Assembly (NCBI GenBank): GCA_951406725.2
Contig: OX597818.1
Span: 7,316,001 to 7,380,000, forward strand
Source: Octopus vulgaris
Taxonomy: Eukaryota
DNA length: 64,000 nt
Direction: 5' to 3'
Numbering within the stretch: the stretch's first letter is position 1; every line of letters starts with the position of its first letter. Below, piece after piece: positions 1 through 12,801 of this stretch. The translations under genes and the position numbers were made by a program. The notes under the pieces were generated by a model. It saw only the letters and a list, made by a program, of their open reading frames with translations. It was not told the origin of the DNA and ran no database searches.

Positions 1-34
1 GTGTGTGTGTTTGTGTGTGTATGCATATGTGTGA

Positions 35-100
<66 letters not shown>

Positions 101-170
101 GAGAGAAGACAGAGAGACAGAGAGAGAAAAAGAAAGAGAGAAAGAGAAAGCGTGAGAGGCAGAGAGACGA
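1..170. repeat. Compound microsatellite (GT)n-(AT)n-(AG)n
   Basis: Directly visible dinucleotide runs; ORF 1..192 is a translation of them. Confidence 0.95.
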
Positions 171-419
171 ACAAATATACATGTTTTTATAAATATATCC
201 CGCTCTTGTCAAGCGCATTTACGTTCAGAACAGGTCTCCTTTTCTTTGCTAATGACATTGCTGAAGCATGATCCAGACAAATGGATAATGTCGACATCAT
301 CGAATAAAACACGTCGTAACCGCAACGGAACATAAAGCCACCACTTTGCAAAGACGATAAAATAATATGCATTTTGCAAATGATCGCAAAAAAAAAAAAA
401 GAAAAAAAAAGAAATTATG

Positions 420-475
420 GTTAGTGCACCAGCATGGCCACAGTCCAATGACTGAAGTAAATGCAACAATAAAAG
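420..475 (+). mobile_element. SINE family B, 3' tail fragment
   Basis: gtgcaccagcatggccacagtccaatgactgaa matches the tail of the copies at 5005-5200 and 59520-59920. Confidence 0.6.
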
Positions 476-1216
476 CATAGTTATATAGTTTTTCTGTCTA
501 TATCCGTTTATATCTTTTTTCCATTCTCTCTCACACTCTCTCAAGATCTGTCGGTCTGAGGTTGCTTTTTCATTATTAACACCACAATCAATCATTTGGG
601 CATATTTGCTTATTTATCAATATTCATACGTGCATGTACGTGAGTATGTAGGTAAGTATGTGTGTGCGACACGCACACACACATACGCACACACACACAC
701 GCACACACACACACTCACGCATGTATATATAAATGTTTATACACACATACAAACACACACACACGCACACATATGTGCATATATCTGTGTGCGCGTAAGT
801 GTGTGTGCGTGTTTGAGCGATAATCACAATGGTTAGTCAGCCTGGCATCAAAGGATACACTTTATAAATACAAAAGAACTTTTCTCTCGCGTCTCTAAAA
901 TCACCATCGCCGTATCCGTATCATCTTACACTTGTCTAAAAATGCAATGCTTCATTATACACCAGAGTATATCCTAATGACCACAATCTCGGCTCATTGA
1001 TGTGCCTCATCTTTGTATAATAGTTATTTCATCTATATGCTACCGATATAACGTGTGCATAGAGTTCAAAGAACGACTACCACTGTAGAGTGAACATAGG
1101 TTTGGAGTGAGACGTGTAGTCTCCTTTTATTTTGTGCAATTTCGGAGGTATCCATTTAAAGATTCGAGTCTGTCACCGACAAATTTTCGACTCGAATATT
1201 CATTTGTTTATTTATT

Positions 1217-1217
<1 letters not shown>

Positions 1218-1307
<90 letters not shown>

Positions 1308-1385
1308 AAATAATAATAATAATAATAATAATATTGATAATGATAATAATAATAATAATAGTAATAACAACAACAAAAATAATAG
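1218..1385. repeat. (TAC)n followed by (AAT)n microsatellite
   Basis: Directly visible. Confidence 0.97.
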
Positions 1386-1387
1386 GT

Positions 1388-1775
1388 AAAGATAACAGAC
1401 GTGGCAATACAAGGCGATTCGAGGGTGAAATGTAAGGAAAAAGAAAAAAATTGCGAAATACCAGCCGCTGCGGGACGAAATAGGAAAGTTATGGGGTATG
1501 AGGAAAGCAATGGCGATATCGGTGGTAATTAGAGCATTAGGAACAGTTTCCAAGGGATTTAAAAAACAAATTAAGAATATTAGAGCTACTGTTAGGCTCG
1601 AGGTGATCCAGAAGATAGCATTGTTGGGTACAGCTTGCATTCTATGGAGAGCAGGAGAGCATTGTCTCTTTCAGTTACAGGAGATGGCACTACTTGAAAC
1701 GTTTAGTGATTTGTTAATGCTCGCTTTCAAGTAAAGAATAACTAGTAATTAAGAACTATCTGAGTCTTTCAGAAT
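1388..1775 (+). mobile_element. R4/Dong-clade LINE, 3' fragment (RLE endonuclease C-terminus)
   Basis: Reads DVAIQGDSRVKCKEKEK / KYQPLRDEIGKLWGMRKAMAISVVIRALGTV...IQKIALLGTACIL. Homologous to the C-terminus of the long element (IPVIVGALG...QNIVLTGT). Flanked by AAT repeats. Confidence 0.8.
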
Positions 1776-1845
1776 AATAATGATTATGATGATGATGATG
1801 ATGGTGATGGTGATGGAGATGATGATGAAAACTATTATTATTATT

Positions 1846-1887
<42 letters not shown>

Positions 1888-1894
1888 ATTATTT

Positions 1895-2348
1895 ATTGCT
1901 TTTGCGCATCTAACGCTGAAGATGTACTACAGTGTCAGCTGTTCACTACCTCTCATTTTTCGAGCACCTTCCGGAGTATTCAAGCAGTTCCAAACAGTGC
2001 AATTTTCTGCAAGTGCTCCACCCTTATTGCAGCCCCTATTTGTTCCACGTACTTCTCGAAATTTTTGCTCACTGTTCCCAGGGCTCCGACAATTATTGGT
2101 ACTACTGCTACCTTTTTCATCGACCACAACTGCTTAACTTCACAAGCTAGCCTGTCATATCTCTTGACTTTTCTTTCTTCCTTATCGCATATCTTGTTGT
2201 CAGCTGGGCATGCTATATCTATGATCCAGCATTGTTTTGTTTTTCAAGTAAGACTGTCCGGCTTCCTATTTTCAATCTCATGGTCGCACTGAATCATAAC
2301 ATCTGTCCGGCTTCCTATTCTCAATCTCACGATCGCACTGAATCATAA
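1895..2348 (-). mobile_element. R4/Dong-clade LINE, 3' fragment (RLE domain)
   Basis: Minus strand reads IQCDHEIENRKPD...CWIIDIACPADNKI...YDRLACEVKQLWSMKKVAVVPIIVGALGTVSK...LQKIALFGTA, a PD-(D/E)xK RLE region. Bounded by (AAT)/(AAC) repeats. Confidence 0.85.
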
Positions 2349-2352
2349 TAAT

Positions 2353-2405
<53 letters not shown>

Positions 2406-2481
2406 ACAATAATAATAATAATAATAATAATAATTATTATTATTATTATTATTATTACTATTATTTTTATTAAAATTATTA

Positions 2482-2520
2482 CTAGCTGGAACCGTGAAAA
2501 CTTCACGGAAAATATAAAAA
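2482..2520 (-). mobile_element. Helitron-type 3' terminus
   Basis: Minus strand: hairpin CCGTGAA-GTT-TTCACGG (2492-2508), then CTAG followed by T. The 5' end was not located. Confidence 0.5.
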
Positions 2521-3359
2521 ATGTAAGTAACTGTAAATTGTGCGCTGGTACTATGAGGAGAACCATGTCTCAGAGAAATTCAAAAGATTTTGCTGACAAG
2601 TACTGCCCACATCCTGAGAAAAGGCCCTATAAATTTAAATATATGTGTTTTTTTACAGGAACATATTTCGCAACTGTCCCTGTCACTTACCCTCCCCAAA
2701 CTTTCAGTCATGCTTTAACATCTCTTATCTGTAACAACCATGCATTTGGAAATTAAATAATATTCAATAATATTAATACGCTATCTTTTTGTTTTTGTAC
2801 GTACGTACCTGTGGTGTGTGTCACACTTACTTCAAAGAAAGAGATAAAATGTTGAAGGGAAAAGTACAAATAAAAGAGAAATAATAGGTGTTAAGCAGAA
2901 GGGGTATACTTGAAGTGAGTGGCAAAGCGGGAGAGGAGGACATAGAGGAAGGGAGAGTGAAAGAAAAACAGTGTAAGAGAAGTATGTGTTGACTGAAAGG
3001 AAGGTGTGGGTTACATGTTTATCAGTATGTTGAGAGTAGACTGATGTATACATCGAAAGAAAAACACACACATATACATACACATAAATACATACACACA
3101 TACACATACACATAGATGCATACACAGAAAGAGAGAGAGTGAGAAAGACAGTGAGTGGTGACTGAAAAGAAAGTGGCGTTCCTTTTGTGTTTTTCAATGT
3201 TTATCAGTATTTTCAGAGTAGACCTGTACCTGCATCGCAAGAAATGTAGATACATAGATCGAAAGAAAAATTGATACATAGATACACAGACACATTTTTA
3301 AATCAAAGACAAAAAACTACAGCAAATATTAGTTGTCACTTTCATTTTTCATTACCACA

Positions 3360-3497
3360 ACTGGCTGACTACTCCACAGACATGCACACCATTAACGTAG
3401 TTCTCCGATAAGTTCAACCTTACACAGAATATGACAAGGCTGGCTCCTTTGAATTATATCTACAATTCATTCTGACCAGCTGAGTAGACTGGAGCAG
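3360..3497 (-). mobile_element. SINE family A fragment
   Basis: Aligns by eye to 3880-4015 (ggctgagtactccacagac...gacaaggctggc...gctgagtggactg). Confidence 0.75.
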
Positions 3498-3874
3498 GTG
3501 GTTGGAAAAAGAACGAAAAAACGATTCTATATAAGGGAAGGAAATGTTTTTAGTCGTTATGGTCACTATGGGTATTCATGCGGTCCTAACAGCGGCATTC
3601 ATGGGTCTCACAGATCTGGAGGCCAAGCCACCAGATAAAAACTGATGCGCAGGCTGTTGTTATCAAACTCAGCGTGAGTCGAAGACAAAGTCGCTACATG
3701 ACGGAATAGCAATTATTTTGTCTTAGCTTTCATTGCTTATCCTAAACATATGACATTTTTGCATTACGATTTGGAACTTTTTCTTTCAATCTTTTTAAAA
3801 ATGGTAATCCGTCGGTAAAGACGACAAGGTTCCTGTTTATCTTATCAATCAAACAGTCTACTCGTAAAATTAAC

Positions 3875-4127
3875 GCGCAAGTGGCTGAGTACTCCACAGA
3901 CTTCCATACCATAGGGTAGTTATCAGGGAGATTCAGCCTCACACAGAGTGTGACAAGGCTGGCCCCATTTGAATTACAGCTACAACTCATGTTTGCTAGC
4001 TGAGTGGACTGCAGCAAAGTGAAGTAGAGTAAATTGCTCAAAAGCACATCGCGCCGCCGAGAATCGTACTCATGACTTTACGATTGTGGGCCGAATGCCT
4101 CTAACTACTGAGCCACAAACCTTCACT
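3875..4127 (-). mobile_element. tRNA-derived SINE family A (CORE-like)
   Basis: Reverse complement begins gtggctcagtagttagagg (A box) ... gagtacgattctcgg (B box), followed by a CORE-like ttgagcaa...tcactttgctgcagtccactcagct segment. Confidence 0.8.
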
Positions 4128-4494
4128 TTCTTAACCGCAGAGAAAAGGAGTGATGTGATAGAGACAGAGAAAGGAAAGCCTAGTCATTTACAACGACAAT
4201 TAGACTGAAATACCATCGATCTTTTCTAGCTTCTTTACTTTTAACAATGAAGAAGAGGGAAAGACATTTAGTAATGAATAAAGTAAAAGTCTTTCAGGTG
4301 TTTACATTTTCATTCAGGGAGTTCGAGAAGGATCGAGTAGTAGTTCTTTCTTTTTCTTCCCACCCACGGTACTTACTCGCCTTGTCTCAGAGTTCTTCAT
4401 GTCATTTAATTTTGGGCTTGCAAAATAACTGTGTCGTTATTCTGCCTCCAGAAAACTTATATTTTTTGACCAGTGACGTCGTAACTCATTTCTA

Positions 4495-4630
4495 CAGTTG
4501 AGTGGACTGGAGTAACGTAAAATAAAGTGTCTTGCTAAAGAACACAACATAGAGCCCGTTCCAAGAATCGAACTCTCTTCCTCATGATTTTGAGACCAAC
4601 GATCTAATCACTGAGCAAAGCCCCTTCATG
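4495..4630 (-). mobile_element. SINE family A, head
   Basis: rc gctcagtgattagatcg...gagttcgattcttgg...tagcaagacactttattt...ccagtccactca; Pol III A and B boxes present. Confidence 0.75.
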
Positions 4631-4655
4631 CGTCATATATATATATATGTATATA

Positions 4656-4692
<37 letters not shown>

Positions 4693-4750
4693 TGGAGTCT
4701 ATTGGAGTATTTTAACAGATCATAATGTAATCCTTGTATTGTCAATTTGC

Positions 4751-4853
4751 ATGCTCTGATGATTTTCCAGCCAAGTTATTTTGAAATGCAAGCTTATATA
4801 TTTATATATGATTTGTAGTTTAAATTGGATGCGAAATGAAATAATTGTAGGTG
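4751..4853 (+). ncRNA. Degenerate type-I hammerhead-like motif (Penelope-type)
   Basis: CTGATGA at 4756-4762, imperfect long stem II, GAAA at 4838-4841, near-palindromic TAATTG, then TA; stem I is weak and wobble-paired. Confidence 0.5.
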
Positions 4854-5004
4854 AAGATGTTAAATCGATTAATAAATTAATTTGTACCATTGGATCTCTC
4901 CGTTTGCAAACTTAATGATAATAGTATTTCATATATATATATACAATAATTATTTGAGGGAATATATATATATATATATACATATATGTATGTATGTATA
5001 TTTG

Positions 5005-5200
5005 TGTGTGTGTGTGTTTGTCTGTGTTTGTCCCCCACCATCACTTCACAACCGATGATGGTGTGTTTATCTCCCCGTACTTAGCGATTCGGCAAAAGAG
5101 AGCTATAGAATAAGTACTAGGTTAACAAAGAATAAGTCCTGGAGTCGATTTCTTCGACCAAATCCATTTCAGGCGGTGCTCCACTATGCCGCATTCAAAT
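5005..5200 (+). mobile_element. SINE family B, 3' half
   Basis: tgtttgtccccc...cttagcgattcggcaaaagag...agaataagtactagg...gtcgatt...ggcggtgctcca; matches 59700-59920. Confidence 0.85.
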
Positions 5201-5250
5201 ATATGTGTGTATGTGAGTGTGAGGGAGAGAGAGAATGAGAAAGAGACAGA

Positions 5251-5290
<40 letters not shown>

Positions 5291-5899
5291 TGAGATACGA
5301 TACTTCTGTCGTAATACTATAGATGCTGTAGACTATTGATATAAATATTTACAAATTTAATTTGACTACAGTAAAAAAAAATTATATTGTTTGGTATCTC
5401 CCTATATTCCTTCTTATTTAAAGTACCATTTAAAATGTTTAAGGCTTGAATTAATAAGAAGCGCATTCCTGCCAATCAATTTTATGTATTTCGTGTTTCA
5501 TCTTTCGATTCTTAACAATTCCAGAGAACAAAATAACATTAAAATATTAAGAATACTTACTATCACTTAATTATATTTCTAAAATATTCAGATATAATGG
5601 CCTACGAATTCGCTTATTGTACATTTTAAATATACGTCATTGAGCTTTCAATTGGAGTGGAGGTATTCATTAAGCAATCACTCATTTTTTGTTATGTTAT
5701 TGGCTTTTTTTTTATATGAAATATAATAGAGAACTGGTTTTGCTTCACTTAGACTAGAGCGCATAAGTGTAAATGAGAAAGAATGAAAGAATGGATATTT
5801 TGTACCTTTTGTGATATTTAAAACAATATGCTAACATTTCAAAGATAGGATTTTCGTATTCTGTTTCACCGTCCGATTATAAGTTTCGAGATAAAGATA

Positions 5900-6480
5900 C
5901 GTGATTTTAGTGCGTAAACAGCATACATTCAATCCGTTTTGAAGCATCTTCCTCTATTGAAGTAACACTAAAAGACATTTGGAAAAAAATACTCCACTTA
6001 TGCTGTTGCCATGTGTTTAGCTGTGAAGTCATAGAAGAGAGCTTTCTTCAAAGTGTTTGAAGTTGTCTAGAAGAACATTATAGCTTAATGTTTTCCCTAC
6101 ACATCAGTTTGAAATATGTAAGTGATGAAATCGTATGTTTTAGGCAGTTCTAAGAATATGAAACTCATTGATGAAGAAATATTATCTGATAAATAGACAA
6201 TAGAACTGAACATCGAGGACCTGAAGAATCTACATAGGGAACAGAGTGAATCTTTGCAGCAAGAAGTAAAATTAGATGAAGGGATCTCAAATGACAAAAA
6301 AAAAAAGGACTATAGCATGAAAAAGCCGAGGCGGGTATTTTGTCCCTGGAAAGAGTTCATTGGTTTTGAGAGAACATATCTACACGATTCAGTTGTGAAC
6401 TATTTTCCTAGTAAGATATTTCAGAAGACTTGGAGTGTCGAGAAGTATAGAGTATGCATTAAAATCTAGATGATTTTTTT
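5900..6480 (+). mobile_element. Degraded pogo/Tigger-like transposase C-terminal remnant
   Basis: LGSSKNMKLIDEEIL...ELNIEDLKNLHREQ and WKEFIGFERTY resemble the Tigger C-terminal acidic region (ELTxEELxEL...W...FVEKYHP). Many stops; no TIRs identified. Confidence 0.45.
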
Positions 6481-9400
6481 TCAAAAACATCTCCGTTTGC
6501 TGATTTCTGTTTTTCTACTGAGAACAGACCGACATCATTTTTCTAAAAAATAAGTCCTAAATAAGGTTAGAAGCTTGTTTTATGGAGAAGCAATTATTCC
6601 TCTTAAAATAGACGCGATTAATTTTCTTCTTCCCTCCCAAAAGCCTGTTGTCTTTCAACCAACCGAACGTAAGCAAGAATCTATCTAATATTTCGATTGC
6701 TAATTTTGAATATTTGTTTTGAATGTTCTGTTAATTCCTTTCCTTCACATATCTCACATATTGAAAATTAGAATGAACTTGATTAAAAGATTAATTTCAA
6801 AAAAATGTTTGTATTACAGTTTAAAAAAATGATATTTATCATTTTATATCTATTTATTATATAAATGTTAATTATAATATCCTTTAGTTATATGCATATT
6901 CCATAAGTGCACACTTTAAATAGTTATTGATATATTTATTTATTAATACTTTTCCCCTGTTTGTGTTCTGGAGTATATTATATTATTGTGCGTCATTTTA
7001 ATAACTCTCGAAAGATTGCTTCTCATACGGTTTTTAATAGTCTTTTAATTCTCAATTTTTAAGAAATAGATTCTTGTGCTCATAGTCGTTAAATACAGTT
7101 AATGTGGGAACAATTTTTTGAAATTCTGAATCAGGTTCTAGAATGAACTGGATTCGTTACTACATTGTACGATATGTGTGTGGACACACGCGCGCGTGCA
7201 TATAATGCATGTGTGTGTTGTGCGTGTATGTGTGCTTGTACGTGTTTGTATGTGTGACTGTGTGTGTTTGTGCGCGCGTGTGTTTTCCTTCTGCGCCAGT
7301 TTCTTGTGTATCTTCTTACGTACTTTCCATTTTCTTTCTACCTATATATCAGCGTAATTTTCTGGGAGCTTTATATTAGTTTTGTTCAAATATTTTCTTC
7401 ACATTTTACTTTATATTAAAAGTATTGTGGTTATTGTTATTTTTGTTGTCATATTCCTACTGCTTCGTTTGTTGTAATTCTTGCTTTTGCTGCAATGATG
7501 ATGATGATGATGACAAACATCGCTGTTCTTGTTGCTCCTGCTACTGCTGCTGAGACTTCTGGTACTGCTGCTACTGCTGATTGCGACTTTAATGTATCTG
7601 ATTGTGATAGGGCTAGTATTCATATTGCTGCTTCATTTTCCCTGCTTTGTTGCAGAATTTACTCCCCTGCTGGTATGTATGTTCATGTAAAGTAAATTTA
7701 AGAACGGCACTGCAAGCCAGCGAAGCAGTGAAAAATCAAAAGTAGCTCACCATTGTCTGTAGCCTTATAAGTTACCTTTTATTTCGCCCATATTAACCGG
7801 AACTAGGAAATAATTCACACAAAGGGAGATCGTTCTTTATTCCAGGGAACTCACCGCAGAAATAGAAAGTAAATTCGATATTTAAGGTATTTAGAATTGT
7901 GTGTTTGATGCTCAGTGAAAACTTCAATAAAGTGATGCACGGTTGAAAATGAGGAAAAGGCTAAGTGTGCAAGTGAGATGAAATTCTGTGGAGAAACGAA
8001 TGAAACGAAAAAAAATATATTCTGTGCGGGTTTAACGTGATGGGTTACGTAAGATGAAAGCTGGATGAGAAGTTGATGCATCGAGCAGGCTCACGTATGC
8101 ACGCTACTGAATTTGGTAGAATAGATTAGAAGAAAAGAGAACAGTAGAAGCGTCGAAGAAAAAAAGAAACAAAAACAACTTAATGTAGTAATTGTAACAA
8201 TGGCTCTAATCATTGTTCCATAGCCAGTCGTTGGTCCCTTTCAGTTTAACATAATGTAATTGTATTATAGCAGCTGTATTATCACAGATGTTTTAACAAT
8301 GATTTATTGATGATGAGCTGTATAGGTAGCTGTTGTTTAGGTTCGAAATAATTTCTCACCTCGAAAAATGATCTGAGAAGGAAACATCAACAATGAGTAC
8401 GACAGCGTTACTGCTGCTATAGTGGTTGCTACTCCAGCTGCTGCCGACTCTAAAGATGGTGATGATGGCAATTTTGATGTAAACGATAGTAATGGTTCCA
8501 TAGAAAAGCAGGATAGTTTGTAATGCACTTTGACGGTAGTTTCCTCGTATGGTTCTCAATGAACATGTTTTGTTACCAACAAAAATTTAAAATAGAAAAA
8601 ACTGAACGAAAGAGAACAAAGAAAATTGAGTGAAAACAAACTGACAAACTAATTTAAACCATATCAGTTCCCATGGTTATTTCTATGTTTTTCCCATTGC
8701 TAATATTTGTAAGCAAATTGGAAAATCAAGTTGAATTCTCTTTTGGAAACTTATGTTGAAAGAAAGCTATTGCATAGATCTTTTGGCATTATTTTACCGG
8801 GAATTTATAGAAGTTAACCGTCCTTCGTCTTTAAGCTACTCTTGGTACACGATCTGACTGTTAGCTACACTTATTAACTTGATAGGTAAAACATTCCGTA
8901 ATAAAGCAAATCGCTGTAAGGATTACGTATGTATCTATATGCATATATAAAGAGATAGACAAAACCTCACCGCACATATGTGCAACGTGTGCGTGCGCGC
9001 ATTTTTTTCCGTATATATATTCAAAAACAACAAATAGAAACCCCAGGAAACCATGTGTGTGTGTGTGGCGGGGTGCGTGAGTGAGTGAGTGAGTGAGTGA
9101 GTAAGTGAGTGTACATATGTGTGTCTGTAAGTCGGTATGTATAAATATATAGTCTCATCCTCAGTTCATCCTGTACCATAGTATTTTGAGAAATATAAGG
9201 CACCTATCTCTTACGACACACTCTATGTTTCTGAAACGTGTAGCTGAAGAATAATGAAATGAAGCAATTGTGGTAATGTATTTTATGACTTCCTTTTACT
9301 CCAGGATGTGGAAAAGCTTTATACTGAAGGAGGCACGTGAACTGAGGCGAGCGATGGCGACAGCGTTCAGAAACCCTTCTTCAGGGAACTGTTAATGTAA

Positions 9401-9517
9401 AGTACACAGTATGTAATGTATTTATGTGTTATACATACATACGAACACACACACACACGCACATTTGTTTGTATGCAGATATGTATTTAGGTACATATTA
9501 TTCTCTCTCTGTGTCTC

Positions 9518-9558
<41 letters not shown>

Positions 9559-9559
9559 G

Positions 9560-10530
9560 AAATTGGAGAAAAACATGATTAACCAATGCAAATAATTAGA
9601 AAACGAAGAAACGCATTGATTAACCAGTACATTGTGACCTGTTGCTTCATCTTAAGCACTTAATTGTTGGTCTCTATGTTCCCCTCTCATATATTATTCT
9701 GTTGAGAGACTGATGAATATAAGCGGCTCTTAATTTCTACTCATTGTCTTATCCCCGTACCTTTTTTCTTCCTTTCTTCTTCATATTTATCTATAAAGAA
9801 AACTTTTGCAACGGTTTTAACTTGTGAATTGTTTTAAGATGTTACTGACCAATGTAGAGACCACTGGACTTAGACTTACTCCATTGTGTACCATAGGGGG
9901 GATTCTTGGTTTTAATTTCCTGTGAGAAAATTTTTTTTATTTAGTTACCTACGACAATGTTTTTAAACTTTACTTAAGTTTACTCCGTTTAACATAGGCT
10001 TCGCCTTTGAGAATTATATCAGTATCTTATTTACACAGAGTTTCTGGATAACTTCTTCCTTTACACCCTGACTCCCACCTCATAACTGCACCCTTCCGTT
10101 AACAACTTGTAGTATTCCCTAGTCCATTAATTGCTCATTCTCTCATCTACGTTCTTTGAGCTCCGATGGTAAATAATTATGTGCATTTAACATATTGGGC
10201 TTTTAGACTATTTGTCTAAACCATGTTTTCTTAACACTTGCTTCACCCTTTTGTTTATATTGTATGCTCTTGTTTTTCACTCTGGTGATGATCGGTAGCC
10301 TTAATTCGAATACCCTATGAAGATGAAGAATTTTATTCTCGCATTTATTTATAGACTGCATTCCGGGAATTTTGATCAGAAACAGCTATTAGCTTTGTTA
10401 TGTCTTGCTTTGCATTAATAAACAAACTTTAAATGAGGTCTTATCGATGTACTGGTTAATCTATTCGTTTCTCCATTTTCTAATTATTTGCATTGGTTCG
10501 TGATAAACTTTTGCTTATCCTATTGTCCCC
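9560..10530 (+). mobile_element. Penelope-like fragment with inverted terminal duplication and hammerhead-like motif
   Basis: 52-bp inverted repeat at 9581-9632 / 10447-10498. HHR-like CTGGTGA-TGATC...GATCA-GAAA-CAGCTA at 10282-10390. Abuts (TA)n. Confidence 0.5.
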
Positions 10531-10633
10531 TGCGCTAGATGTATAGGGTGTCTCTGCAGACCCTTTACCCGGATACGGATACGGATACTACATACGGATA
10601 TTTTATCCCTTAGTCGGTTACTACAACTGCTAA

Positions 10634-10667
<34 letters not shown>

Positions 10668-11665
10668 GTGTATATATATATATCACATACACACACAGAC
10701 ACATATGTAAATATACATATATACATTTAAGATGTTTCATTCTCATTCGAGCCTACAGGCCCATTCAACCCAGGTCAATCTAAATGTCCATAGCATATTA
10801 AAAAAAAATTATAATTACAGGAAGCTCTTCATCAGATTAGCCCCCATAGTAGATTTTACACCAAACCCAAATATCGCATAAATCAGTTTTAGCTGAATGG
10901 AAAGAAGAGGACAATATATTGTTCCGCCCATGAATTGAAACCATAACCTATTGGTAGTAGACTCAGCACCGAAGCTATTACTTCTTCCTACAGCATACTT
11001 CCACACAATCACACACGATCTTATATATATATTTCTAAGTTTTGTGGGTTTTATATATAAGTAAATGTAATATATTATTCTGTGTGAGTGACTGTATATG
11101 TGTATTTTTCGAGTTTCAAAGTACTAGAGAGCGGGGAAAAAAATCTATATAGGGAATTATATACACGTATTACACCAAATTTATGTATATTTTCCACCTT
11201 GATGTGCTTAATCGTTCAATGATTTGCCAAGAAATGTCGAACGAAATTGTGCAAACGACAAGAATATTTTCAAGAGAATTTACGGTTATTTTGCAATGAA
11301 ATTTCGGCATTACAACGTAATATCCTCTCTATTTACCTTTCTGCCTCAATGGGCGAAACATTAGGCATTTGTACACATGAATAAATGCGTACGAATATTG
11401 CATAAACTTTTACATACATTCGTACATATGTCTGTATATGCATACACATGCACAAGGGAATGTGTGTGTGTATATATTTATGTTAGCGAATGTATACATG
11501 GATTGAATATATATGTATTTGTATACAAACCAGATACATAAATCTCTTCTATCTCTTTTTTCCCCTCCTCCCACACTCTGAATGTGTGCGTTGCCTATGC
11601 TTATATACAATGTATGATTTATATTTATTCGTATTTCATCAAATATCTGTCTGTCTTATCTATCT

Positions 11666-11890
11666 AGCTGGCAGAAACGTTAGCGCGCTGGGCGAAATGC
11701 TTAGCTGTATTTCGTCTGCCGTTACGTTCTGAGTTCAAATTTCGCCGAGGTCGACTTTGCCTTTCATCCTTTCGGGGTCGATAAATAAATTACCAGTTTC
11801 GCACTGGAGTCGATATAATCGACTTAATCCCTTTGTCTGTCCTAGTTTGTCCCCTCTATGTTTAGCCCCTTGTGGGTAATAAAGAAATAT
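11666..11890 (+). mobile_element. tRNA-derived SINE family C
   Basis: agctggcagaaacgttagc...gagttcaaattt (B box), then gactttgcctttcatcctttcggggtcgataaa...accag (Nin/Deu-like central box). Near-identical to 41085-41305. Confidence 0.9.
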
Positions 11891-12055
11891 ATCTATCTAT
11901 CTACCTCCCGACCTCCCTAACTAGCTACCAACCTATCTACCTATCTTTCTATCTACCTACCTACCTACCTGCCAACATATCTATCTATCTATCTATATAT
12001 CTATCGATCGATCGAACGATTTCAGTATCTATCTATATGTACATGTGTGTGTAAT

Positions 12056-12108
<53 letters not shown>

Positions 12109-12753
12109 TATCTGTTTTCATGCAAGTATATTATATTAAATTGTATGTTCTATATACAATCTGTTTGTTTCTATGCAAAATTCACAGAGAACATCACATA
12201 CACACGCACACACACACACACACATAAGGGAGGAGTGAGAGAACGAAAACCTTAGGGATCATTATATGCTTGTTAAGCTGGGGGTCGCAATTAGACGAAA
12301 ATATTACTCACTACTGTTTTGTAGAATAAAATAACGTAATACATATTTAGAGATTAGACTGGAGGATTTACAACTCGAAATTTCAAGTGTGAAGTGCTTA
12401 GGTACCTGATCACAAAAAACTGTGAATCTCCGAGTATTTCATCCTCATTTTCAGCGCATAAGATGCAGCTTAAATTTAGACTGGCCACTGTAGCTAAGAT
12501 CAAATTTGTGAGCATTCAATTTTCATAGCTACGGGCCACTAACCCCCCAATGGAAAAAAGGTGAGTAATTTTTCTTGGATGAAGTTCTAGAAGAAAAGGG
12601 TACTGGAATCTTATATGTATACCATTCTGCCTAAATAATGGATCTATAAATGCAAATATCCTTGCATATATCACGTCTATTTTCATTCCTCCACTTCAAT
12701 CTCTATTTTATATCTTATCTAAAATAACCATTGCTTAACCATTTCTTCACACC

Positions 12754-12801
12754 GTCTCCGATGACGGTATGTATAAAATATTCCGGAAACAGGCGTAAGA
12801 C
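12754..12801 (+). ncRNA. Minimal type-I hammerhead-like motif
   Basis: gtct-CCGATGA-cgg...ccg-GAAA-C aggc G-TA-agac: 4-bp stem I, U4C core variant, 2-bp stem III. Confidence 0.6.

Noticed and set aside
209-595. 128-aa minus-strand ORF
   Set aside because: It runs through a SINE tail and a poly-T tract; no recognisable protein.
2975-3280. Degenerate ~185-bp direct duplication (tgactgaaa...tttatcagtat...gagtagac)
   Set aside because: Real, but an old local duplication in low-complexity DNA with no functional cue.
10589-10620. Short (CGGATA) tandem repeat
   Set aside because: Only 3-4 units with no spacers; not CRISPR-like.
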